Assembly: GCA_950097015.1 (NCBI GenBank)
Contig: CATNEN010000029.1
Span: 7,192,001-7,256,000, forward strand
Direction: 5' to 3'
Length of the DNA stretch: 64,000 bases
Source of the DNA: Macrostomum hystrix
Taxonomy: Eukaryota; Animalia; Platyhelminthes
The notes beneath the pieces were generated by a model. The model was not told where the DNA came from, ran no database searches, and saw only the letters and a list, made by a program, of their open reading frames with translations. A program made the translations under genes and the position numbers. The first letter of the stretch is position 1. Every line of letters starts with the position of its first letter. Shown here piece after piece: positions 21,701 through 32,583 of the stretch.

Positions 21701-24700
21701 TTTGAAGTGCCAGGAAAGGTGGAGTGCCAGGAAAGGATGTGGAGTGCCAGGAAAGGATCTGAAGTGCCAGGAGAGGAGGTGGAGTGCCCGGAAAGGAGGT
21801 GGAGTGCCAGGAAAGGCGGTGGAGTGCCAGGAAAGGATGTGGAGTGCCCGGAAAGGAGGTGGAGTGCCAGGAAAGGCGGTGGAGTGCCAGGAAAGGATGT
21901 GGAGTGCCCGGAAAGGAGTTGGAGTGCCAGGAGAGGAGGTGGAGTGCCAGGAGAGGAGGTGGAGTGCCAGAAGAGGAGGTGGAGTGCCAGGAGATGAGGT
22001 GGAATGCTAGGAGAGCAAGTGGAGTTTCAAAAGATGCATTACGTGTGAAGATAAGATGAAGTTCATAGTTAAACTTACACATCTCATCGGCAGAGAAGTG
22101 CTCTCTAAACAGGTTGCCTTTGTCGCTGTTTCGCATCCACATTTCGTATTCAATTAAGAGGCCCTATAATTACAAAAATACACAGTTTACGAAGGATAAC
22201 AGTTGATCTACCAGGTTATTCCCGAGGGAGACAAGATTCTCGAGTGGGGGTAGAATTAGCTAGTCACGGATACTAATCTTTTAAGAGACTAGATATTACC
22301 AGTGAGGTAATTTCCGTCTGTTTCTACTCCCAAAGCATTTGGGAATTCTATTTAAAAATCTGGCGCTGACAAGAATTTGGAATAGCTAAAAGCTTTACAT
22401 AAAAATACGGCAAACTCACTCCTCTAGCGCCACAGTTTGAGACGACCAAATACCACCAACGAGGTCGAGCAGAGTTGAAGCTGAACGGCTGCGAGTGGCA
22501 CTGAATCTGCGTACCATTGCCTGCTGTCTTGCAAGACAGGCCGGGAATATCGCCACCCGGTTTTAGCCGGAACAATTGAAGGTCATTGGCGTTCAGCTTG
22601 CTCTCCTTCTCAGCGCATGTCTGTTTATGTTTGGGATGACGAAATTTGTTCATTTCATTAATCGGGTGGTTCATAAATCAGGTTAAAAATTCTGAATTAC
22701 ATATTGCTTTGTGCATCACATGTATCTTACCAAATCAGTTTTATAGACACTTTCCCAAAAGCCACGTCGATCCCAGTACAGCAGCATGCTTTGGGTTAGA
22801 TAGGACTAAAATTGTTAAAATTAAGATAAAAGTGAATTCGCAAGTGGAAAATGTTGCAAATGAAAAAGTTATATTGTGGTTTTATAGGCAAACTCACCAC
22901 TGGGTATTTGATGTTGAATTGCAATGAGCCACTATTGGGCAAAAAGCAAAATTTTGAAAGAAACTGCCAGTCCTAAAAAATAAAAGTTTGTGGTTAAAAT
23001 CAAGCAAAAATACCTTAAAAATAATTGTTTTCTTATTTTTATTGCTTTACTTCACTTTAAATGTTAACTATTGTGTTTCTATGCTTGGATTTCTCATGAA
23101 CAGAAAGCATTTATTATATTATTGCCCTTACTATAAAATGAAAAAAGAATATAAACAATCTGCAAACAATATGTTACCAAACACAATGCCTATTGATTTA
23201 CTTAGATTAAATGTAAGCTCACAATGAAAGGCATTATAACTTTTATGTTCAAAATGTTATATTAGTCACTCTGGACATCATTTTTTGTATTTACATATTT
23301 ATATCCAACTATACAAAATATTGTTCTGAAAAATGTGTACGTAGCTATAATTTAAAAAATGTAATCATTTTTTACAATTAGACTTTTACCTGTTCAACAA
23401 GCTTAATAGAAATAAATGATTTATAGGGAAAAGTCAAGAAACACCGATACAAAAAAAACATTTTTTCTTTTAAAAACTATATATGTATCAACCCCTAGAT
23501 CATGTTATGTGCCAAGTGATGATTCTAAATTAGATTTTGATTTTTTTAATTTTATTATTAAGTTTACTTTTTTAATTGTGCTGCAAAAAGACAGTTTAAA
23601 ATTTCATTATCTATAATTTGAGTAGGATCTCATGCTAGGTGAGACTTTGCATATTTTGCCGGGACTCTGCAATCACATATCTAATATGAATCCAACAAAT
23701 TTGCTAATACCCAAGTGGACCAGACTTTGAGTATAGGTAGGAATCACAGCTAGTTGTGGGTCAGTGGTACCCTGCAACTTACTAATTCTGTATTCCTTAA
23801 TACATATAATAATCAAACCCACTGGCTATCAGGCTTAAACTGTGCATAGGGTCTTATCAGGTTCTGATCATCCACATGTGTAGTTCTTCAATTTGAAGAG
23901 CTACAGCTTATTAATTTTTTAGTCTGTCAGCCACTTGTAAAGAGTGTAGTAAGAAGGTCCTGAGAGGCCAAGATCCCAAGAAGCCATCTAACAGTGGAAT
24001 TTCGCTGCACTTCCGCAACCAATTACTTTCTAGCATGCTATGTACAACTTAAACTCACATGAAAAAAAATTAAAACCAAGTTTTCTACCTTTTTTGTTAT
24101 TACAATTAGTTAATGTTTTGTTCATTTGGTGTCATCAGAAGTTGAAATTTAGTTGTCCATTTAGATTTTGTTTTAAAACTTGTCAAAAATTTTGAGTTTC
24201 ATTTTTAACTCTGAAAAAAAAACAAATTTGAATCATCACTACATGTGCTTATCAAATTTGCCATTTTTATCTGTGATAATCATTATAAATCTAAATTTAT
24301 CCAGTGTATTTTTAGTATTTAATATTTAGAAGCACATACAACACAATAATTATATACTAGGCTAGGACAGGTTATGTAGCCATAGACAAATGGCAATACC
24401 ATAATGAAATAAGCTAACACATTTTTGCATTTTGATAGAATCTAGTGGAAGTGGATATTGAAATAACCAAGAATAATTTATAATATACTCATAGCTTGCC
24501 AGTGAGAAACAATTGGAATTTTGTTTTTTCGGCTATTATTAGTTATTGTCTAACCTTAGGAAACTTTGTCTACCTCAGAATTCTCCTTGAATTCCAACCT
24601 GATAATTGCAACTAATATCAACTAAGTATACCTGGTAAAGTTTGAGTCACATTTTAGTCACTATTGCTTGATTTTAAGAGCTCACTTCTGGTCAGAGGAT

Positions 24701-26080
24701 TAAGCCTTGAATTCTGCCTCATTTGTTTCTTGTTTAGTAATACAATGGTCAATAATAATATTGACTAAAATGCATAATGGCATTATGTGACAAACATTAC
24801 CAAGTATACTTAGACGATATTACAATTATGGAGTCAGAATTTGAGGTGGAATCCTTCAATTGGAAATGAGCTCTCAAAATCAATCAATTGTGACTAAAAT
24901 TCATTTTGACATCATGTGTCAAAATTTAATAGGTATACTTAATTTATAAAAGTTATAATTAGGGCCTAACAAGTGAGAATTTGAAGTGGAATCCTCCACC
25001 TTGATATGTGTTTACATTTCAGGGTAGAATTCAAGGTGGAGATTTCAAATGCAGACAAAGTTTCTAAGACTAAGGTTCTTGACTAGGCCCTATCATATCA
25101 AACATTCTAGGTCCTATATGATAGATAAATTGGTTTAAAATATTAAAGTAAACAACTTCCTATGTTAAAACAGGCAGACAAATAGAGACACTTAATTATC
25201 CAAAGTGCCACTGCCACTGGCACTGCAGACAGTAGTGCTGCAGATCTGAAATATCATAGGCATTTTGTTTTATAAAATGTAAAAGAAAAAGAAAAATGCA
25301 TTTCTGTTGAATATTTGCCTTAGTATAATATAATTAAACTTTTAATATAATATTAAAATAAACTTTTTATATTTAGCTAATCATATACGCCATGACTAGG
25401 GACATGGCGGCTGTGTCCCTAGCTCTGTGTATGGGGACACGGGGGCCGTGTTCCTAGTAATCTACCACTCACATGCCTGGGGGCACGGCGGTTGTCTATG
25501 AACAATGGGCTTTAAATGCAACATGATTCGATACATGTACGTAGGTAGCTCGAACGTTGCCGGTAGTGTCCGTAAAGATGGTCAAATATTGTGTCAATCA
25601 ATCTTTTCCAATAGGCCTATACTAAAACTCACAAGTATATACTGTGTCGTGGATCCAAGTTTGTCTTTTTGTCAAATAGGCTGTTTCTTCACTTACAATT
25701 TTCGCCCAAATCTATTTATCCCCCCTTTTCAAAATCCTAGTTTCGCCACTGCATGTAAAAAGGCTGTCAGCCAAGGAATTAAGGCGGCCCTTGATGATAA
25801 TGCATGCATGCAGTATACTTAGCAGCATGCTGCCATGGCTCTAGGCACAGAGTAGCGCGGTTGCTAGGGACACGGCGGTCATGTCCTTAGACATAGAGTT
25901 AGAGGCACAGCCGCCGTGTCCCTAGTCATGGCGAATCATATAAAGGTATAATATCAAGATTACAGTTCAAAACTGGAAATTACTTACACTGTCTGATCTT
26001 AATATACCACTGATATGTTTTCCATTAGCAAACGTTACCAACACTAATAAAACACTTATTACTTCAAGAATTCTGTACAT
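15737..26080 (-). CDS. TMEM145: TMEM145/GPR180-family 7TM protein, ~622 aa, complement(join(15737..16327,19722..20248,20836..20985,21072..21143,22079..22163,22420..22620,22731..22805,22898..22972,25988..26080))
   Basis: Signal peptide, then DWQFLSKFCFL, ARPRWWYLVVSNC, IEYEMWMRN...HFSADE, QLLHSTYKIY, LGYSVTCGRL and FPYHVKTSQI, all matching TMEM145 motifs. All 8 introns are GT-AG with consistent phases. Confidence 0.92.
17068..17769 (+). CDS. Helitron RepHel PIF1-type helicase, C-terminal fragment
   Basis: Motifs RAILCPRN, LKVGAPIMLLRNLNAPRLCNGTRL, FKRLQFPVRVCFAMTINKAQGQSL and FSHGQLYVACSRV. Open to a natural stop. Confidence 0.9.
   Translation: MRWRPSAQGSPVDISLQPAWDRRKREAGVDWLSERAILCPRNDAANEINYQLLQELPGAVFTYKSIDTTLTDDTAVEYPVEFLNSLDPPGTPSHNLQLKVGAPIMLLRNLNAPRLCNGTRLIVRRLFPHVIEATIMTGSGRGESVFVPRIPIIPTDLPFQFKRLQFPVRVCFAMTINKAQGQSLKVAGINLETPCFSHGQLYVACSRVGTPAGLFIFAPRGRTKNVVYPQALR
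17922..18193. mobile_element. hAT-type MITE (272 bp) nested in the Helitron
   Basis: TIRs CAGAGGCAGAT / GATCTGCCACTG. Perfect 8-bp TSD ACTGTATA at 17914-17921 and 18194-18201. Confidence 0.9.
21220..22010. repeat. 20-bp minisatellite (GAGGAGGTGGAGTGCCAGAA)n in TMEM145 intron 5
   Basis: About 40 units, more degenerate toward 22010. C/T-rich on the gene's sense strand. Confidence 0.95.
24552..25077. mobile_element. Foldback/palindromic MITE in TMEM145 intron 1
   Basis: Long imperfect inverted arms (AACCTTAG..GAAACTTTGTCT; AAGTATACCT; TTTTAGTCAC; GAGCTCA all recur reverse-complemented). No clear TSD. Confidence 0.7.
25388..25933. mobile_element. Mutator-like (MULE) MITE with 9-bp TSD
   Basis: TIR CGCCATGACTAGGGACAYGGCGGCTGTG at both ends. 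TSD AATCATATA at 25379-25387 and 25934-25942. Confidence 0.85.
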
Positions 26081-27458
26081 TTTCAGGTTATTTCAGTTTA
26101 GCCTAGGTATTTAATTCAGTTCAACTACGACTAACGCCAATGGACAAGGACTAAAATAGTAAAATATGTGAAACAAGTCAACCTAGTGAGCTCGAGTCCA
26201 AGAAACCATAACAAAACAAATTAATCTCAAAAGTGCTTTAAATCTAAATAAGAAACATAAACAAAAAATGTATTGGAAATATACAAGCTCGGTGTAATCG
26301 ATTCTTACATTTACTTAGTCTTAGAGTATGAGACATTTCCATTATTTCGTGCTTTTTACTATAGTTAAATTTTCGAACTAATTTAAGTAAGGTAAAACAA
26401 CAGGGCATCATAAACTATAAAATAACAAAAACACAAATCCCTAGAAAGTATTTTTTTACTTTAAAAAATTGATACAAAATAACATTAAGAAAAAAGTAGT
26501 CTTTTTTCTATATAACTTATATATGTTTAATTTTACTTTCTTGATTCTGTGGCGCGCGACGCGGCTCGAAGACATTAAATACAATAGTGAGCTGCACTCA
26601 AAGTGTAAGGTGAGTGACTGGGGTGGGGTGATATTCATTATGTGAGGCAGACTGTGTGAGACAGATAGATCTAGATATGTCAACTTCAAAGAATTTAAAA
26701 GATAATAGCCTTTTTTGCTAATACGTTCTCGAACAAGAAAAAATATACAGTTTCTATAACCAACAAAAACAGCCAGTAGAATAATTAAATTTAAAAGTAT
26801 TAAATTAGTTTTCGCTGATTGTCAATTATTGCTAAAGGCAGTTATTAGCTGCATTTTATACTGCTCCAAAACACGATATAAAATGTTGATAAAACTGATA
26901 AAGCTCAGCTAGGCCTAGTTTTTTTATTCTTACTTGTGTAAAGTTAGTTTTGCTAATAGAAATTGTTTTCTATTTTTTCCAATGTAAACAATATAATAAA
27001 TGTACTAGATCTGATGTAATTTTACATGAATATACACTAACAATAGCTACTGTTGTTCTAGTAAAGTTAGAAGAGTTTTAGTTACCCTCAGCCTAATTGG
27101 GCAAATATCCTTAGCATTTGGTGGACACCCTATCAAGCAAGCAGCTATGGGGCAACCTTTTTTGATCCCTAATGTACAGGATAATTGGCACCCAATAGAT
27201 TTTCTTTTAGCTTGCAGGACTAGGCCTATCCAGATAGGCCCTCATTCACTCCAATAAATAGGTCTATGAATTTGTACCATGGGCAATCCTTCAGTTTCCC
27301 ACTAAATTATTTGAACCCATTTTTTAACTTTTCAGAGTCTAACAAGCTCACAGAGTTCTTGCTAGAGTTCACAGAGTTCTACACAGGGTAGTGGTATGTT
27401 ATCCAGTAGAGGACATCAATAACAGGGATGATAGATTAAGGTGCTAGAGGTTGGCTAG

Positions 27459-27895
27459 CCGGTCCCAGGTCATTTCGGTGACAAGACATTTCGGTGACAG
27501 TCATTTCGGTGACAGAATTGGTCAGTTCAGTGACAACTATTTTTGCACCTAAATATGCTAAGAAAACTGCCTTCCACGATCCAGCAGATGCTTAAAGCCT
27601 GCACTCGCCTTGTCAATCCAAAATTGAAAATGATTATTATACACAATTAATTAGGAATGAATAACTATTGAAACTATTGACTACTCATTAAATAATTTAA
27701 TAATTTAACTAATATAAAGTAATACCTAGACTTAAACAGAGCAATGCAGCTTCTTATTAATACTTTTAGCATTATTTAATTAATATTTTATGCATGTAAA
27801 TAGTTAAAATGGAAGGCTGTTATTTAGCATATTTAGGTGCAAAAATAGTTGTCACCAATCTGACCAATTGTGTCACCGAAATGACCTGGGACTGG
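27459..27895. mobile_element. MITE (437 bp) with long TIRs and CTAG target duplication
   Basis: TIR CC(G/A)GTCCCAGGTCATTTCGGTGACA, with inverted homology extending >100 bp inward. CTAG at 27455-27458 and 27896-27899. Confidence 0.85.
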
Positions 27896-29671
27896 CTAGC
27901 CATATTAGCAGTAGCTGAAAAGTTCAAAAAGGGGTTTAAATAACTTAGAGTGAGTAACCGAAGGTTTGCCATACCATGTGCTTAAGCTGATAAGTTTGAA
28001 GCAAGTGTGGTTATTAATTTTTTTCTTTCCCTATATCCTATGGCTATCCACTATAGGCTTATAGTTTTTATAGCTATGCTGTAGTATAAATTAGCTAGGC
28101 TTAGATGTCATTTTGGAACATGAATAGTAGTATCTGCTATGTAGCTCTTAGGCCTATTCCTGATCTAAATTCTTACTCATCAATTTAGTTTTGCATTTAT
28201 ATTATTTAAGTAGGCCTATAAAATTTTTAGATCCTAGAATTTTCCTCAACTGGCCTACTAGTACAAAGTATAAGTTTTGGAAAGTTTGTCAACTGCCAGT
28301 GTATCCAGTGCACATTTTTCATTTCAGCCATTTCTGGCCAATCAGAAATATTCTGAATGTGGCAGTTGAAAAGAAAATTATCTACCTAGGAAAATGACTG
28401 GAATTTATTCATATATCTATTGGCTTTCTTGTGATATTTCAATTTTAATCCCCTACACTCAGTATTACTTCCACAAAGTGCCATAGAAAACAACTTCAAA
28501 TCTGTCATTTACCTAAAAATGTCTATCATGGTCTAGAAAGTTGTGGGCCAAACTTTTTTATCCCCAATCAATAGCATCAATTGGCATTCAATATAATTTC
28601 CTAAAGCTTGTAGGACTATCCAGATAGAGTCATTCAATCCAACAAATAGGTCTAAATATTTGTTAGACTTGTACCATATATATGCTTAAGCTGCTAAGTT
28701 CTGACCAAGTGAGGTTATTAACTTTTTTACATTTGCAGCCTAGACCCTATGTTGTCTAGAAAAGTTTGTCCTAAAAATTGCATTTTTGGGACATCCCTCA
28801 TAGTCATGTATTAGGGGCATAGCTCCCATTTGTAAATAATGTTATATAATCTGAGCCATGTTATAAATTAGCATTTTAAGCAAAAATGTGACACCTTTGT
28901 CCTAATGAGTATATGACAATTGAAATGAGGTAAATTGAATTGAATTGAAATGACAATTGAAGTTTCCATTGAAATGAGTATATCACACTGTGTAGCATTT
29001 TATCAGAAAAAACTTCTTTTAGAATCTTAAAAAAGTGTTTGAATCCTAAATGAATATAATTTATAATTTGTTTTTCATTCGTGAAGAGCAAAATTTTTTT
29101 CAGTTTTTGTTCCTATGTTTCTAAGCAAACTATTTTGAAACAATATACATGGTAGATTTTCTGAATCTGGACCATATTCTAATGTAATGTGTTGTTTTTT
29201 AGTATAAAAATGGTTAAGGGCAATTTCTTATAAGCCTGGTTGACAAACAAACAAAAAAGAAATGGATTGACTCCTGTATCCAATATTAAGTTAGTGTCCT
29301 TTTTATTTTTATTTACTATTATTTCACATTTCCAAATTGAAGTGAGTTTATAGCAAATAACTTTCATATACTTTCTTAACTTCCATAACTCGCATCTTTC
29401 ATTTGTTATTGATGCTGGGCAAATCATTTCAAAGACAAAAGTTGGTGTCTACTGGCTTGTACATATCCTGTTATAATTATCAGCATACAGTTTTTTCTTC
29501 AAGGGCACACGAAATTACGTGTCCATATCTTAACGTCAGCCAGAATCCAGAAAAATGTTGATCTCCTATTTACTCATTAAAAAAGTATCAATTCTATGGA
29601 TTCAATGATATCTTAACATCTCTTGTTGCAGCTTTCTGCTTCCAGAAGCACAACCAACCAGCCCCAGAGCA

Positions 29672-29854
29672 ATGGCCAAGTCTAAGAACCACACCAATCA
29701 CAACCAGAACCGTAAGCACCATCGCAATGGCATCTACCGGCCAAAGAAGCAGCGTTACCCGTCGCTGAAGGGCGTCGATCCCAAGTTCTTGCGTAACATG
29801 CGCTTCGCCAAGAAGCACAACAAGAACGCCAAGCCTGTAGCTGCTGCTAAATAA
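29672..29854 (+). CDS. RPL29: 60S ribosomal protein L29 (eL29), copy 1
   Basis: [21 protein letters not shown]...[20 protein letters not shown] is the eL29 signature. 60 aa, no intron in the CDS. Confidence 0.97.
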   Translation: MAKSKNHTNHNQNRKHHRNGIYRPKKQRYPSLKGVDPKFLRNMRFAKKHNKNAKPVAAAK

Positions 29855-30365
29855 ACTGTAGAAGCATGCGACTCTTGACTTACATTACATTGCTCTGTGC
29901 CATCACTGTGAAGTAAAAGATTTAATGCTGGAAATACATTGATTGTTGGCGTGAAGGATTGAATAGAATCGCATTGTTTCTTACGGTATTCTACTTGGAG
30001 CAAAAAATATAAATCCGAGTATCTTCTGTTTAACTTTATTATTCAAGCTTTTTCTCCGACGGAACATATTGAAGTACTTCAGTAAATTTGATGCTACTCA
30101 GATCCGTATCAACTAGCTATTACCCCAATATTATCCTTTAGCATCGACTAGACATGACCCCTAGCCTGCGGTATCTTCCAGCAACCAGTCATCTCCCCTA
30201 ATCCATCACTAATAACTACTGGCTACCCCGCTACATTTAGTCGGAGAAATTTGTAATCTCAATATCTATTGCACTCATTAGGTTGTAAAAGTTATTCACT
30301 GATACCCTACCATTCCCCTTTGCAGCTTTCTGCTTCCAGAAGCACAACCAACCAGCCCCAGAGCA

Positions 30366-30548
30366 ATGGCCAAGTCTAAGAACCACACCAATCACAACCA
30401 GAACCGTAAGCACCATCGCAATGGCATCTACCGGCCAAAGAAGCAGCGTTACCCGTCGCTAAAGGGCGTCGATCCCAAGTTCTTGCGTAACATGCGCTTC
30501 GCCAAGAAGCACAACAAGAACGCCAAGCCTGTAGCTGCTGCTAAATAA
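30366..30548 (+). CDS. RPL29: 60S ribosomal protein L29 (eL29), copy 2
   Basis: Same protein as copy 1; one synonymous difference (CTG/CTA). Confidence 0.97.
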   Translation: MAKSKNHTNHNQNRKHHRNGIYRPKKQRYPSLKGVDPKFLRNMRFAKKHNKNAKPVAAAK

Positions 30549-30767
30549 ACTGTAGAAGCATGCGACTCTTGACTTACATTGCTCTGTGCCATTTGAATGT
30601 GCATGAGCAGGAAATAAATCGATTGCTAGTGTGAAGGATTGAATAAAAGCGCATTGTTTCTCATGGTATTGGAGGAAAAATGGATAAATTATTCGACTGT
30701 CGTTTGTCTGTATTTGTCTTTGTTCTTTTATATAGGGGGGGGGGTTGGCTAACCACTAGGCTACAAC

Positions 30768-31080
30768 AGAGGTTGTAGCCTAGTGGTTAGGGCGTCGGAC
30801 TCACGACTTGAAGGTCGGGGGTTCGATTCCCGACTCCACTGAAACAATTTGTGTCCTTTAGCAAGACACTTAACTCTGCATTGCTTCAGTTCACCCAGCT
30901 GTTAAATGGGTACCAGCATCAGCTGGGATAATTGAAGGTGGGTGTGGCGTCCCCCCAGTCCATGGACTGAACAGCTGTACGCAGCCTTCAGATGCGCCGC
31001 GCAATAGCTGCGGCTGTGCTGTCGGCTGCACATCTGGCCCGATTGGGGCAGGTGTAGTCAATTATTATTATTATTATTAA
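30768..31080 (+). mobile_element. tRNA-derived CORE-SINE, family A, full length
   Basis: A box TAGCCTAGTGG and B box GGTTCGATTCC. Central GTGTCCTTTAGCAAGACACTTAACTC...CTGTTAAATGGG resembles the CORE/MIR domain. (ATT)n tail. Further copies at 60204, 63445 and 36648. Confidence 0.88.
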
Positions 31081-31165
31081 ATTTAATTATTATTTATATA
31101 CAATCATTTGTTTCTAGTAATCGAACCTCGTACTTATTTAAATCCTTAAGTAAGTTTTATGCTAC

Positions 31166-31627
31166 TCCTGATCCTACAGTATCAACCAGCCACTACCCCT
31201 GATCCTACAGTATTAACCAGCCACTACCCCTGATCCTACAGTATTAACCAGCCACTACCCCTGATCCTACAGTATTAACCAGCCACTACCCCTGATCCTT
31301 CAGTATTAACCAGCCATTACCCCTGATCCTACAGTATTAACCAGCCACTACCCCTGATCCTACAGTATTAACCAGCCACTACCCCTGATCCTTCAGTATT
31401 AACCAGCCACTACCCCTGATCCTACAGTATTAACCAGCCACTACCCCTGATCCTACAGTATCAACCAGCCACTACCCCTGATCCTACAGTATCAACCGGC
31501 CACTACCCCTGATCCTTCAGTTTCAACCAGCCACTACCCCTGATCCTTCAGTTTCAACCAGCCACTACCCCTGATCCTTCAGTTTCAACCAGCCACTACC
31601 CCTGATCCTTCAGTTTCAACCAGCCAC
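31166..31627. repeat. 31-bp minisatellite (CCCCTGATCCTACAGTATTAACCAGCCACTA)n
   Basis: About 15 units, with ordered variant blocks (CAGTATT, then CAGTATC, then CAGTTTC). Confidence 0.95.
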
Positions 31628-32050
31628 GTTTAAGATCGACAAGTCGAATTACAAGCGATTGTGCTTGCAAGTTTTTGTTAGTAGCTCATGATGCTATTAG
31701 TAGTGTCAAGGGACAATTTTTTCTTGGGCTAGTCGTAATAATATAGCTGCGATAGCGCCATACGCTTAATATAATTTTCTTTTGCATCTGGCTAACGGTT
31801 TATTAATAAGATGTCTTGATCGATATCTCTACCATGTATTAACTTGCGTGCCCCCGCCAAGGCATCCGGAGTAAGAAAAACATACTAATGAACATTGTGA
31901 GCAGCGATTCCTCTTGTGCATCTGTTACAAAATTCACGGAAAATTTAGCTTGTATCCTTGAGTGTCTAGATAATAACTACAATTCGACTGCTTGTCAAAC
32001 TTAAATAATTCAATATATAAGTTCACTTTTACTTTTTCTGTGCGTCACCC

Positions 32051-32306
32051 GCTTCCTCTGGTCCTCTTTCTGGGCATCATTGCTTCCACTGGTCCTCTTA
32101 CTGGGCATCATTGCTTCCTCTGGTCCTCTTTCTGTGCATCATTGCTTCCTCTGGTCCTCTTTCTGTGCATCATTGCTTCCTCTAATCCTCTTTCTGGGCA
32201 TCATTGCTTCCTCTGGTCCTCTTTCTGTGCATCATTGCTTCCTCTAATCCTCTTTCTGGGCATCATTGCTTCCTCTAATCCTCTTTCTGGGCATCATTGC
32301 TTCCTT
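32051..32306. repeat. ~31-bp pyrimidine-rich minisatellite (CATTGCTTCCTCTGGTCCTCTTTCTGTGCAT)n
   Basis: About 8 units, upstream of the LCCH3-like start codon. Confidence 0.9.
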
Positions 32307-32583
32307 CCAATGTGCATTATCTTCCTCCTCTACTTGTATATGAAGGTCATACTGTGGATGTGAGCTTTCTATTGCTAGCATTTAAGCAATTTCATTGGTC
32401 GCCCTGGAATAAACTCTTTGTGAACCAATCAACCGCTTGAATCGGAATATACATAAATAACATACAGTTCAGTTACGCCAACTTAATACAAGTCGCGGTT
32501 ATCTCAAACTTCAGACAGATTTTTTTGCAATAGGCAGTGAAGAAAATAAATAGATATCAATACCGAAATCTATTTTAACTGCC

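Noticed and set aside
21189-22142. 317-aa and overlapping ORFs with repeated peptides
   Set aside because: These are stop-free translations of the 20-bp intronic minisatellite. Only 22079-22163 is a real exon.
30772-30845. tRNA gene (also 4507, 60204, 63445)
   Set aside because: A/B boxes are present, but the sequence continues into shared SINE bodies with (ATT)n tails and lacks a proper acceptor stem.
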